From Candidatus Omnitrophota bacterium (GTDB lineage: Bacteria > Omnitrophota > Gorgyraeia > 2-01-FULL-45-10), in NCBI GenBank assembly GCA_026387175.1, contig JAPLME010000012.1, positions 5,849 through 69,848 on the forward strand: 64,000 nucleotides of DNA, given 5' to 3'. How positions within the stretch are numbered: position 1 is the stretch's first letter; each line of letters starts with the position of its first letter. The notes under the pieces were generated by a model. It was not told the origin of the DNA, searched no databases, and saw only the letters and a program-made list of their open reading frames with translations. Positions 1 through 8,858 of the stretch are shown here, in pieces. The translations under genes and the position numbers were made by a program.

Positions 1-453
1 ATGACTACGTCTACGAAGTTGTCTTCTACCGGCAGGTTCTCTATATCGCCTAATCTAAATTCCACATTTACATAATTACCTTTTCGGGCATTTTCTTTGG
101 CGCGCTCAACCATTTCGGGCGTCATATCTATGCCTATTACTTTTCCGCTTTTACCGACTTTGGCCGCTGCCAGGAATGCGTCAAACCCGGCGCCGGCGCC
201 TAAATCAAGTACCGTTTCGCCTTCTTTTAAGGTCGCTATGGCGACTGGGTTACCGCAGCCAAAACCCAGATTCGCCCCTTCCGGAACAGCACTCATTTCA
301 GAATCACTATAACCGACCTTTCTACTGATCTCTTTTGCTTGGTCTGTTCCGCAGCAACAAGAACTCGCAGGGCAACAAGATATGCTTCGTGACAATGCTT
401 TCGCGTAACCATCCTTGACAATCTTCTTGATCTCTTCAGCTTTTCTTTTCATG
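1..453 (-). CDS. arsM: Arsenite S-adenosylmethionine methyltransferase (ArsM-like). N-terminus is present; the 3' end is truncated by the window edge.
   Basis: Minus-strand translation from ATG at 451-453: MKRKAEEIKK...SCCPASSCCCG...GCGNPVAIATLKEGETVLDLGAGAGFD...NVEF. The Cys-rich N-terminus plus a class-I SAM-MTase GxGxG motif closely resemble bacterial ArsM. Confidence 0.7.
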
Positions 454-467
454 TTTTCTCCTATATC

Positions 468-1802
468 TTAATGTATCATCAGCCCGAAAATATATCCAAC
501 TATGGTTGAAAATCCGATTGTGAGCGCGCAAAAAACGAAAGTCTTGCGCCACCCGATAATTTTGTTTATAACCAAAATACTCGGTAGCGACAATGCCGGG
601 CCCGCCAGAAGCAGCGCAAGCGCCGGGCCCTTACCCATTCCCAGGCGCATTAACATTTGCGTAATCGGTATTTCGGTCAGCGTCGCAAAGTACCATAGCG
701 CGCCTATAGTGGATGCGGCAAGGTTCGATAAGAATCCATTGCCCCCCACAAAAGTCGCAACGCCCTTCTCCGGAAGGATGCCGCCGATGAATCCCGTTAC
801 GAAGACACCTCCGAAGAGGAGCGGAATGATCATCATTCCAAAATCCCATGTCGCTGTCATCCACTCCTTGATCTCTGCGCGAGTAAACCATTTCTTGAGC
901 ATAATAAGTATGGCCAGCAGCATAAGCGCCGCCAGATACCACTTTATGGCATTGACCCTCATAACGAAATTATCCTCGGCTTTCGTTTGTGCGATATCTG
1001 ACCGGTTGATGCGTATGCTATCGACGGCCATCTTTCCATCCGGCGCATAAGGCTTAACCTCGATAAAGTCCTGCGTAGAATACTGAACACTTGATTTCAT
1101 CACAGCGCCATTCTTCAGCGTGATCGTAACTTCGTTTGTATTGTACCAGTCGCTGAAGACGAGGAACATTATCATGCAGAGAAAGTATAGTCCGGTCTTC
1201 CAGAGCGATCTTGCGGGTTTCGGCGCGCTCGGCATAGCAATAGCCGCTTTGTTACGAACGTGTTCCGACTTCCTGAATATAAATGCCATGGAAAGGCCTA
1301 TAATAAAGGCAAAGCCGATTGCGCCTATCGCTCGGGCAAGCCCGATATCAAACCCTAGAACACGCGCTGAAAGAAATATCGCCATGATGTTTATGGCCGG
1401 GCCTGAATATAGGAAGGCGCTCGCGGGCCCGAGCCCCGCACCCATAGTATAGATACCGGCAAACATAGGAAGTACGCTGCACGAACAAACGGCGAGAACA
1501 ACTCCAGAAACAGACGCTACCGTATAAGCCAGCGGACGATTCGCATCGGGCCCCAGATACCGCATTACGGAGGCCTGTGACAGGAACGTCGATATCGCGC
1601 CCGCAATGAACATGGCCGGCACAACACAAGCCAATGTATGGTTAATGATATACCACTGGAGAAGCTTAAATGCTTCAAAGATAGCATTAGATACCCTGGT
1701 ATTACCCAGAGGCAAGAAATACATAATAATGAATATGCCGGCAATCCAGTAAAGCTTTTTTATGTCCTTCACCCTGTTCTCCCCTTTATTACTTTGCAGC
1801 AT
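468..1802 (-). CDS. COG0701/DUF318 permease with a vicinal-Cys CSCS motif; resembles the ArsP organoarsenical efflux permease
   Basis: 444-aa polytopic membrane ORF with the motif AVCSCSVLPMF. Lies between the ArsM-like and DUF134 genes on the same strand. The start may be a downstream Met, because the ORF overlaps the DUF134 gene by 34 nt. Confidence 0.55.
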   Translation of the reverse strand: MLQSNKGENRVKDIKKLYWIAGIFIIMYFLPLGNTRVSNAIFEAFKLLQWYIINHTLACVVPAMFIAGAISTFLSQASVMRYLGPDANRPLAYTVASVSGVVLAVCSCSVLPMFAGIYTMGAGLGPASAFLYSGPAINIMAIFLSARVLGFDIGLARAIGAIGFAFIIGLSMAFIFRKSEHVRNKAAIAMPSAPKPARSLWKTGLYFLCMIMFLVFSDWYNTNEVTITLKNGAVMKSSVQYSTQDFIEVKPYAPDGKMAVDSIRINRSDIAQTKAEDNFVMRVNAIKWYLAALMLLAILIMLKKWFTRAEIKEWMTATWDFGMMIIPLLFGGVFVTGFIGGILPEKGVATFVGGNGFLSNLAASTIGALWYFATLTEIPITQMLMRLGMGKGPALALLLAGPALSLPSILVINKIIGWRKTFVFCALTIGFSTIVGYIFGLMIH

Positions 1803-2074
1803 CCGCCCTCGATTCTGATGGCTTTAATATTGACTAAAGCATCAGCAATCTTTTTATGTGCGGATGCCTCTATTCTTGAAAATGTCGGCCTCGATATCTT
1901 AAGCCTTTTTGCAGCGTCTATCTGATGCATTCCTTCGAGAGATGAGAGGCGTATTGCCTCAAACTCGTCAAGCGTCAAATAAACATTTCTTAATTTACTC
2001 AACGGCTTGCATAACGGCTTAAAACATCTTTCCTGCGGTGCGCATTTGATCCATCTGGTCTTTTTTGGCCTCAA
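1769..2074 (-). CDS. DUF134 (UPF0251) family small DNA-binding protein
   Basis: 101 aa: MRPKKTRWIKCAPQERCFKP...LTLDEFEAIRLSSLEGMHQIDAAKRLKISRPTFSRI...AIRIEGG matches the DUF134 pattern. Confidence 0.55.
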   Translation of the reverse strand: MRPKKTRWIKCAPQERCFKPLCKPLSKLRNVYLTLDEFEAIRLSSLEGMHQIDAAKRLKISRPTFSRIEASAHKKIADALVNIKAIRIEGGCCKVIKGRTG

Positions 2075-2143
2075 GTCAATTCCCCTTTATGAACGTATGT
2101 TCATTACTATGATAGCACATCGCGTATTAGTGTCAACAAATTT

Positions 2144-3136
2144 TTATATTCTTATTTTTTCGATCTCTTCAATTGGGGAGGCTTTAACTGTGAGGATTTG
2201 TATATCTTTTGATCCCTGATGCCAGCAGAGGACATTAAGGGCCTTTTCGTCTCGATACTTAGTGTGCTGGGAAACTATCCCGGCTGAACGCTTTATCATC
2301 TCTTCGCTGGATGGCCCCTTGAGGATCGAGAATGGCCCTTCATGGTCTTTCATCCTGAAACATATGTCATCTTTTTTTATAAGGCCGCCCAACTCGTTAT
2401 TTTCTTTATCGTTTCTGCCTATTATGAGTTTTGTAGCTTCACCAAGACGGAAATGCCGGCCTATCTTAAGAAGCCTTAATCCATCCACAGTCAACCCTTC
2501 ATGAGCTATAAGATCCCTGACGCGCTTTGTAAATCCGGGATCGGTGAGAAGACAGCCGCCGGAGGGATTCGGATACTCTTTGATCCCGAATTTTGCCGCC
2601 AGCGCGAATTGCGGTTTTCTGCTGCGCCCGCGGATATCGAAAAGCCTCTCCCTATCGATGATGCCTTCCTGCTCGGGAAGTGTCGGCGGAAGAAGCTTGG
2701 CGCTGAGCGGCCTGAGTAATATACCGCGGACCCCGGCGTTCTTCTCGATAATATTCAGAGCGTCTCTTCTCTGAGACATCGGCCGCTGGCCCAGGACCTC
2801 GCCTGTTACAAGAAACGACGCGCCAACGCTGGGCATATATTCTTTCGCCTTTTTAAGCATAAATATTTTACAGTCGATGCACGGATTTATATTCGCACCA
2901 TAGCCATGCTCGGGTTTCTTGAATATCTCGAGATACTCGTCCGTTACGTCGAATACTTTAAGCGGGATGCCGAGCATCTCGGCCGCCTTCACCGCGGCGA
3001 TGGGTCCTCCTCCGCACATGGCAAATTCAATAAAGTAGCTGACGCATATGACTTCGACGCTGAGCTCCACCATGAGCTTCGCCGCCAGTATACTGTCCAG
3101 CCCTCCCGACAATAGCGCAATAGCTTTCTTATTCAT
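2144..3136 (-). CDS. PP-loop ATP pyrophosphatase family protein, tRNA-thiolase-like (MnmA/ThiI-type motifs)
   Basis: N-terminal SGGLDS PP-loop; an NPCIDCK...LVTGE region similar to the MnmA NPDILCN...ATGH region; second Cys in GGCLLTD. Exact family not resolved. Confidence 0.45.
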   Translation of the reverse strand: MNKKAIALLSGGLDSILAAKLMVELSVEVICVSYFIEFAMCGGGPIAAVKAAEMLGIPLKVFDVTDEYLEIFKKPEHGYGANINPCIDCKIFMLKKAKEYMPSVGASFLVTGEVLGQRPMSQRRDALNIIEKNAGVRGILLRPLSAKLLPPTLPEQEGIIDRERLFDIRGRSRKPQFALAAKFGIKEYPNPSGGCLLTDPGFTKRVRDLIAHEGLTVDGLRLLKIGRHFRLGEATKLIIGRNDKENNELGGLIKKDDICFRMKDHEGPFSILKGPSSEEMIKRSAGIVSQHTKYRDEKALNVLCWHQGSKDIQILTVKASPIEEIEKIRI

Positions 3137-4436
3137 TTCCCTTCAGCTTTTCCAGCCACTCCTTGATCTTGGCTTCATAACCCATCGTCGTCGGGATATA
3201 ATATTTCTTATCTGAGGGCTTGTACTCCTGTTTCACGTGATGGTCCTTAAAGTCATGGGCGTATTTGTAGCCCTTGCCGTGGCCGAACGCCTCTCCATCT
3301 AGTGACGCGTCTTTCAGGTGGTCCGGTACTTCGAGCACCTTGCCCTCTTCGACATCTTTGAGCGCCGTCTCTATGCCCATATACGCCGCGTTGGACTTTG
3401 GCGCGCATGCGACGTATACCGCGGCTTGTGCCAGAGGTATCCTCGCTTCGGGCATCCCGACGAACTCGGATATCTGCAGCGCCGCGTTCGCTAATATAAG
3501 CGCCTGCGGATCCGCGTTGCCTACGTCCTCCGCCGCGCATATCACAATGCGGCGGGCGATAAATCTCGGGTCCTCACCTGCATAGATCATCTTCGCGAGC
3601 CAGTAGAGCACGGCATCGGGATCGGAGCCGCGCATCGATTTAATGAACGCGGAGATGGTGTCATAATGCCCGTCTTCATCCTTATCGTAAACGACCGCCT
3701 TTTTCTGTATCGACTCCTCCGCCACTTTAAGCGTGAAATGTATCGTCTTCGATTTCCCCGCCGGAGTGGAGAGCGCGCCAACCTCCAGAGCCCCAAGCGC
3801 GCGCCTGGCGTCCCCTTCGGAAGTCTTGGCCAGATGCTTGAACGCATCGTCATCCATCTCGACGGGTATCTTGCCGAGACCCATCCCCGTGTCCTTGAGC
3901 GCACGTTTTATTATATTGATAACGTCAGTGTCCTGTAATTTTTTGAATTCAAATACCTGTGAGCGTGAAAGAAGCGCGCTGTTAACATAGAAGAATGGAT
4001 TGTGGGTGGTGGTGCCGATAAGGACGGGATTGCCCGCTTCGACATCCGGCATCAGGACATCCTGCTGAGCCTTATTGAAACGATGTATCTCGTCGATCAG
4101 AAGGATGGTCCGCCCCTGGCCGAGCGCCTCTCTCTTCTTCGCGTTGTCTATGATCCGGCGCATGTCGGCAACGTTATTTGAAGCCGCGTTAATGCGTTCG
4201 AAATGCGATTTGGTCTTTTCGCTGATAATAAGCGCAAGCGTCGTCTTGCCACAACCGGGCGGCCCGTATAATATCAACGATGATATCTTGTCCGTTTCGA
4301 TAAGGCGGCGGAGCAATTTACCTTTGCCGAGTATCGATTCTTGCCCGACAAAATCATCGAGCGTCCTCGGCCTCAACCGCGAGGCAAGCGGCTCATGACT
4401 CTTATCTTTAGGTTTAGTATTTTCGAATAGATCCAT
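3129..4436 (-). CDS. rarA: Replication-associated recombination protein A (AAA+ ATPase RarA/MgsA)
   Basis: Walker A GPPGCGKTTLA; Walker B LLIDEIHRFNKAQQD; conserved C-terminal MgsA helical domain. Confidence 0.85.
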   Translation of the reverse strand: MDLFENTKPKDKSHEPLASRLRPRTLDDFVGQESILGKGKLLRRLIETDKISSLILYGPPGCGKTTLALIISEKTKSHFERINAASNNVADMRRIIDNAKKREALGQGRTILLIDEIHRFNKAQQDVLMPDVEAGNPVLIGTTTHNPFFYVNSALLSRSQVFEFKKLQDTDVINIIKRALKDTGMGLGKIPVEMDDDAFKHLAKTSEGDARRALGALEVGALSTPAGKSKTIHFTLKVAEESIQKKAVVYDKDEDGHYDTISAFIKSMRGSDPDAVLYWLAKMIYAGEDPRFIARRIVICAAEDVGNADPQALILANAALQISEFVGMPEARIPLAQAAVYVACAPKSNAAYMGIETALKDVEEGKVLEVPDHLKDASLDGEAFGHGKGYKYAHDFKDHHVKQEYKPSDKKYYIPTTMGYEAKIKEWLEKLKGNE

Positions 4437-4648
4437 TGAGTTTGCTTTTACAGAATTTTGTGATATACTTTAATCGAACAAAAGAATCCCTGCGATCGGA
4501 CGCGATTTCGATCGAATAATCTTGAACCTTTAGCATTAAATAAGGGAGCCTAACTAAGTGTACGCCTCGGCGTATGCGCGAGGGCACCCACCTGTTATAA
4601 ACAGGATCAAGATAATTCATATCTCAACGCCGATTGCGGGGATTTTTA

Positions 4649-6688
4649 TTACCTGAGTTTCGCGCCAAATTTCGCTTCAAGCTCGCCCAGCATCCTGCCG
4701 TGAACGTTCAGTATCTCTTTTTCTTCGAGAGTTTTGGCCGGGTCACAATATTCAAGCCTGTATGTAAGGCTCTGCTTTCCTTCGGGGACTTGTTTGCCTT
4801 CATATCTGTCTATTAGCCTGGCATCTTTCAGAACGACAGCGCCGGCGGCTTTCATCACCGACATAATCTCTGAATTCAATATTTCCCTCGCTACCACTAT
4901 CGATATGTCCCTGTAGACGGATGGATATTTTGATAGCTCCGCGAAGCGTTTTTCCATTCTCACATGTTTTAATATGGCATCCAGATCGACCTCGAGCAGA
5001 TAGACTTTATCTTTTATATCAAATTCATGAAGCACCTTCTGAGAGATCAGGCCCATTACGCCGACCGCCTCTCCGGCAATGTGGATTTGAGCGCATTCCG
5101 ACCGTGAAAAGCCGTTATTTAACACTCTTGAAAACTCCACCGCCTCTATCCCGAGTTCCGAATAGAGCGTCTCTACGATCCCTTTCAGTTCGAAAAAGTC
5201 CGCCTGGACCGGTTTTACCACCCAGCCCGTAAAACTTTGCCCGGTGATCGCGATCGCGAGATTTTTTTTCTCGCCGAATTTTTCGTCTTTTTTAAAATAT
5301 ACGTTGCCGATCTCGAATAATTTTAAATCTTTTGTCTTTCTATTGATGTTCCACATGACAGCGTTAAGCATGCCGGGAATGAGGCTCGGTCTCATGGCTT
5401 CCTGTTCGGTCGTAAGCGGATTGGAAATGCTTACCAGCGAATCGGTCCGGACGCCGGAGGATATTATGGCCTTCTTGTTTAACAGGCTATAGGTCATGAT
5501 CTCGTCGGCACCGAGAGCGGCCAGGCATTCTCTTACTCTGTTCCGCACTACCATATCCTGATCCATCCGCATCGGCTGCTCGACTATCTTGGGCAGCGTC
5601 ACAGGTATTTTGTCATATCCATAGATCCTCGCGATCTCCTCTATAACGTCGACTTCCGTCCTAAGATCGCTCCTGAAATTAGGGGCCTCGAGTTTCAGCT
5701 TTTTTCCGGACGAGGATTTAACGTCCATCCCCAAAGCAAGGGCCGTCTTCTTAATAAGTCCTGCTGATATATCGGTCCCGAGGAGCTTGTTCACTCTGCC
5801 GGGCCTGATATCTATTATATTCTTCTTCGCCTCCCTGGCGCCTATATCTATAAACGCTCCAGCTTCGCCGCCGGCAAGTTTCATAATAAGCTCGAGTGCC
5901 CTATTGGACGAATAGACTATATTTTCAATATCTACCCTGCGCTCGAAACGGTAGCTGGACTCGGTCGCGATGGCAAGCTTTCTTGAAGTCCTTCTTACCG
6001 ATACCTGATCGAAATATGCCGCCTCAAGCAATATATTTTTCGTGGAGCCGGTGACTTCGGTATTCAACGCGCCCATAACACCCGCTATGGCTATCGGCGA
6101 CTTGCTGTCCGCTATCACCAGCATCGACTTATCGAGCGTCTTCTCCGCTCCGTCTATTAAAATTATCTTTTCGCCCTGAAGGGCTTTCCTGATTATAACC
6201 TCGGAACCTGTAATTTTATCGAGATCGAACGCATGCATCGGCTCGCCGGTCTCGAAGAGGCAAAAGTTCGTAATATCGACTATATTATTAACGCTCCTGA
6301 GGCCCATCGCCTCGATGCGGACTTTAAGCCATTGAGGAGACTCGCCGACCTTTACATTTTTTATAATTCTGGCCGTATATCGCGGGCATAGGCCCCTCTC
6401 TTCAACCCTTATCTTTGCGCCCCGGCCGCCGGATGCTTTGACCTTCACCTTTGGGATAGACGGGATATTAAGCTTTCCGCCGGTTAGAGCCGCTACTTCG
6501 CGCGCCACGCCTATCACGGAAAGCCAGTCCGGCCTATTCGCGGTTATCTCCAGCTCAAAGATATGGTCGCTCCCAAGGGCTTTAACGGACTCTACGCTTA
6601 ACCCCGCCATCGTCAGCGCCTGGGCGAGCCTGTCCGGCTGAAGCCTCACATTCACATATTCTTTTAGCCAATTATATGAAATTCTCAT
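4649..6688 (-). CDS. pheT: Phenylalanine--tRNA ligase beta subunit
   Basis: MRISYNWLKEYV N-terminus and B3/4 and B5 region similarity; directly follows pheS. Confidence 0.85.
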   Translation of the reverse strand: MRISYNWLKEYVNVRLQPDRLAQALTMAGLSVESVKALGSDHIFELEITANRPDWLSVIGVAREVAALTGGKLNIPSIPKVKVKASGGRGAKIRVEERGLCPRYTARIIKNVKVGESPQWLKVRIEAMGLRSVNNIVDITNFCLFETGEPMHAFDLDKITGSEVIIRKALQGEKIILIDGAEKTLDKSMLVIADSKSPIAIAGVMGALNTEVTGSTKNILLEAAYFDQVSVRRTSRKLAIATESSYRFERRVDIENIVYSSNRALELIMKLAGGEAGAFIDIGAREAKKNIIDIRPGRVNKLLGTDISAGLIKKTALALGMDVKSSSGKKLKLEAPNFRSDLRTEVDVIEEIARIYGYDKIPVTLPKIVEQPMRMDQDMVVRNRVRECLAALGADEIMTYSLLNKKAIISSGVRTDSLVSISNPLTTEQEAMRPSLIPGMLNAVMWNINRKTKDLKLFEIGNVYFKKDEKFGEKKNLAIAITGQSFTGWVVKPVQADFFELKGIVETLYSELGIEAVEFSRVLNNGFSRSECAQIHIAGEAVGVMGLISQKVLHEFDIKDKVYLLEVDLDAILKHVRMEKRFAELSKYPSVYRDISIVVAREILNSEIMSVMKAAGAVVLKDARLIDRYEGKQVPEGKQSLTYRLEYCDPAKTLEEKEILNVHGRMLGELEAKFGAKLR

Positions 6689-7716
6689 TAAAATTGCCTC
6701 AGGAACCGGACATCGTTTTCGAAGAAGAACCTTATATCGGTCACGCCATATTTCAAAATAGCTATCCGTTCGACTCCCATGCCGAAAGCAAAACCCGTGA
6801 CCTTCTCCGGATCATATCCTACCGCTTCGAATACCTTCGGGTTGACCATCCCGGCCCCCATTATCTCAAGCCAGCCCTTGCCGCCGCACATGGAGCAGCG
6901 CTTTTCGCGCGGTTTGCCGCCGCAAACTATGCATGAGATATCTACTTCGGCGCTCGGCTCCGTGAACGGGAAGAAGCTCGGGCGGAATCGCATACGCGCT
7001 TCGGGGCCGAACATCTGGCGCGCAAATGTTGTCAGGGTGCCCTTCAGGTCCGAGAACTTAATATCGTCCCCTACGACGAGCCCTTCCACCTGGTGGAACA
7101 TAAATGAATGGGACGCGTCAGTAGCATCGGGCCTGAATACGCGTCCGGGGACAATTATAGCGAAAGGGGGCTTATTCTTCTCCATGAAACGCGTCTGGAC
7201 CGGAGAGGTGTGGCTCCTTAAAAGCGTCTTCTTCTCGAAAGAGACGTAGAATGTATCAAAGGCGTCCCGTGAAGGATGCTCAAGCGGAATATTAAGCGTT
7301 TCGAAGTTATAATGTTCAGTCTCGATCTCCGGCCCCTCGACCACCCTGAAACCGAGAGAGATGAAGAGGGCGTTTATCTCGTTTATCGTTTTAGTTATAG
7401 GATGGATGCTGCCGATGCGCCGGGAAGCGCCCGGAAGCGTCACATCTATAGATTCTCCCGCTTCTTCAGCGCCTGAGGTAAGCGCAGCCTTCTCGTCGAG
7501 CGACCTCGTAACATCTTCTTTCAGAACATTTATGAGCCTGCCGACCTCAGGCCTCTCTTCGGCCGAAACAGAGCCCATCTGCTTAAAGAGCTCCGTTATT
7601 ATGCCTTTTCGCCCAAGGTACTTCACCCTTAAGCTTTCAACGGCATCTTTACCGGCCTGGCAGGCGCCGATTTCTTTCAGCGCCTCTTCTGAGATCAGCC
7701 TTATTCGATCTTTCAT
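6688..7716 (-). CDS. pheS: Phenylalanine--tRNA ligase alpha subunit
   Basis: Class II aaRS motifs FRPSFFPFTEPSAEVD and GMGVERIAILKYG. Confidence 0.9.
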   Translation of the reverse strand: MKDRIRLISEEALKEIGACQAGKDAVESLRVKYLGRKGIITELFKQMGSVSAEERPEVGRLINVLKEDVTRSLDEKAALTSGAEEAGESIDVTLPGASRRIGSIHPITKTINEINALFISLGFRVVEGPEIETEHYNFETLNIPLEHPSRDAFDTFYVSFEKKTLLRSHTSPVQTRFMEKNKPPFAIIVPGRVFRPDATDASHSFMFHQVEGLVVGDDIKFSDLKGTLTTFARQMFGPEARMRFRPSFFPFTEPSAEVDISCIVCGGKPREKRCSMCGGKGWLEIMGAGMVNPKVFEAVGYDPEKVTGFAFGMGVERIAILKYGVTDIRFFFENDVRFLRQF

Positions 7717-7718
7717 GG

Positions 7719-8066
7719 CTAAATCTTAACGGCTTCTACCAATTTCGCGAATACCTTCTTATCGGTAACGGCAATGTCCGCAAGAACCTTCCTATCGAGA
7801 AGGACCTTTATCTTATTGAGGCCCGCTATGAACCTCGAGTATGATATGCCGTTCTCTTTACAGGCGGCATTGATCCTGGCTATCCAGAGTGACCTGAAGT
7901 CTCTCTTCCGCGCCTTGCGGTCCCTGTAGCTGTACATCATTCCCTTCGCCACAGATTCTCTGGCGCGTTTCTGGAAACGTGACCTTCCGCCCCACTGGCC
8001 CTCGGCTGCTTTCAATACTCTTTTCCTGCGCCGTCTTGCCGCGACAGCATGTTTGACTTTTGGCAT
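7719..8066 (-). CDS. rplT: 50S ribosomal protein L20
   Basis: MPKVKHAVAARRRRKRVLKAAEG... is typical of L20. Confidence 0.9.
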   Translation of the reverse strand: MPKVKHAVAARRRRKRVLKAAEGQWGGRSRFQKRARESVAKGMMYSYRDRKARKRDFRSLWIARINAACKENGISYSRFIAGLNKIKVLLDRKVLADIAVTDKKVFAKLVEAVKI

Positions 8067-8091
8067 TACTTATTCCTCCTGGTAATTACTG

Positions 8092-8292
8092 CTATGCTCC
8101 GTAAGGCAGTATCTTGCGTATCGACTTCATCTCGCCTTCCGCGATCGCCGCGGGCCTTCCCATATGCCTTTTTCTCTTCGGCGTTTTCATCATCAAGAGA
8201 TGGCCCCTGCCAGCCCTGAAATGCTTTCCTTTACCTCTTTTTGAAATCCTTATTCTCTTCTTCGCGCTCTTGTTTGTCTTTAGTTTCGGCAT
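8092..8292 (-). CDS. rpmI: 50S ribosomal protein L35
   Basis: MPKLKTNKSAKKRIRISKRGK... is typical of L35. Confidence 0.85.
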   Translation of the reverse strand: MPKLKTNKSAKKRIRISKRGKGKHFRAGRGHLLMMKTPKRKRHMGRPAAIAEGEMKSIRKILPYGA

Positions 8293-8328
8293 CTCTTCTC
8301 CTTGCGCTATCTATATTAAATTTTAGCC

Positions 8329-8838
8329 TTACTTTGCCCTTATCACCATCCCGATGATGCGGCCCTCGAGCCTTGGGGCTTCTTCGATTTCACCTATCGC
8401 CGATATGTCGCTCGCCAGCCTGTCGAGAATCTTGCGCCCGAGATCTATATGGGACATCTCGCGGCCCTTGAACATCATCGTGACTTTGACCTTATCTCCG
8501 CGTTTCAGAAAGTCCTGCAGATTGTGGAGCTTGAACTGATAATCATGCTCGCCGATCTTCGGGCTCATCCTCACTTCCTTGATATGTATAACGCGCTGTT
8601 TCTTACGGGCTTCCTTCTCCCTCTTCTCCTGCTCGTATTTGTACTTAGAGTAATCTATTATTCTGCATACGGGAGGTACGGCAGTCGGCGCTACCTCGAC
8701 GAGGTCGAGCCCGGCTTCCTCCGCGCACCTTATCGCATCCGGCGTGGCCATAACTCCCAGCTGCTCTCCGGCCTCGCCCACCACCCTAACTTCCCTTACC
8801 CGTATCCTGTTATTTATTCTAAGCTCTTGTCTTGCGAT
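8329..8838 (-). CDS. infC: Translation initiation factor IF-3. The N-terminus extends upstream of the listed ORF and probably uses a non-canonical (ATA/ATC) start.
   Basis: Listed ORF 8329..8784 starts at GTG, but the same frame upstream encodes the conserved IF3 N-terminus ...RINNRIRVREVRVVGEAGEQLGVM. A stop in that frame lies at ~8845-8847; the only in-frame candidates are ATC (8836-8838) and ATA (8815-8817). Confidence 0.75.
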   Translation of the reverse strand: MARQELRINNRIRVREVRVVGEAGEQLGVMATPDAIRCAEEAGLDLVEVAPTAVPPVCRIIDYSKYKYEQEKREKEARKKQRVIHIKEVRMSPKIGEHDYQFKLHNLQDFLKRGDKVKVTMMFKGREMSHIDLGRKILDRLASDISAIGEIEEAPRLEGRIIGMVIRAK

Positions 8839-8858
8839 ACCCGATCACCCTTCCTTTC

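Noticed and set aside
97-312. Plus-strand 71-aa ORF at the left edge
   Set aside because: It lies antisense and entirely inside the well-supported minus-strand ArsM-like gene, which has a high-GC codon structure. It has no RBS or motifs.
502-1050. Plus-strand 182-aa ORF and other 60-110-aa ORFs (631..942, 1120..1452, 1348..1629) inside the permease gene
   Set aside because: These are antisense or out-of-frame shadows of the 444-aa membrane protein ORF. They are low-complexity Ala/Pro/Ser-rich translations typical of GC-rich antisense frames.
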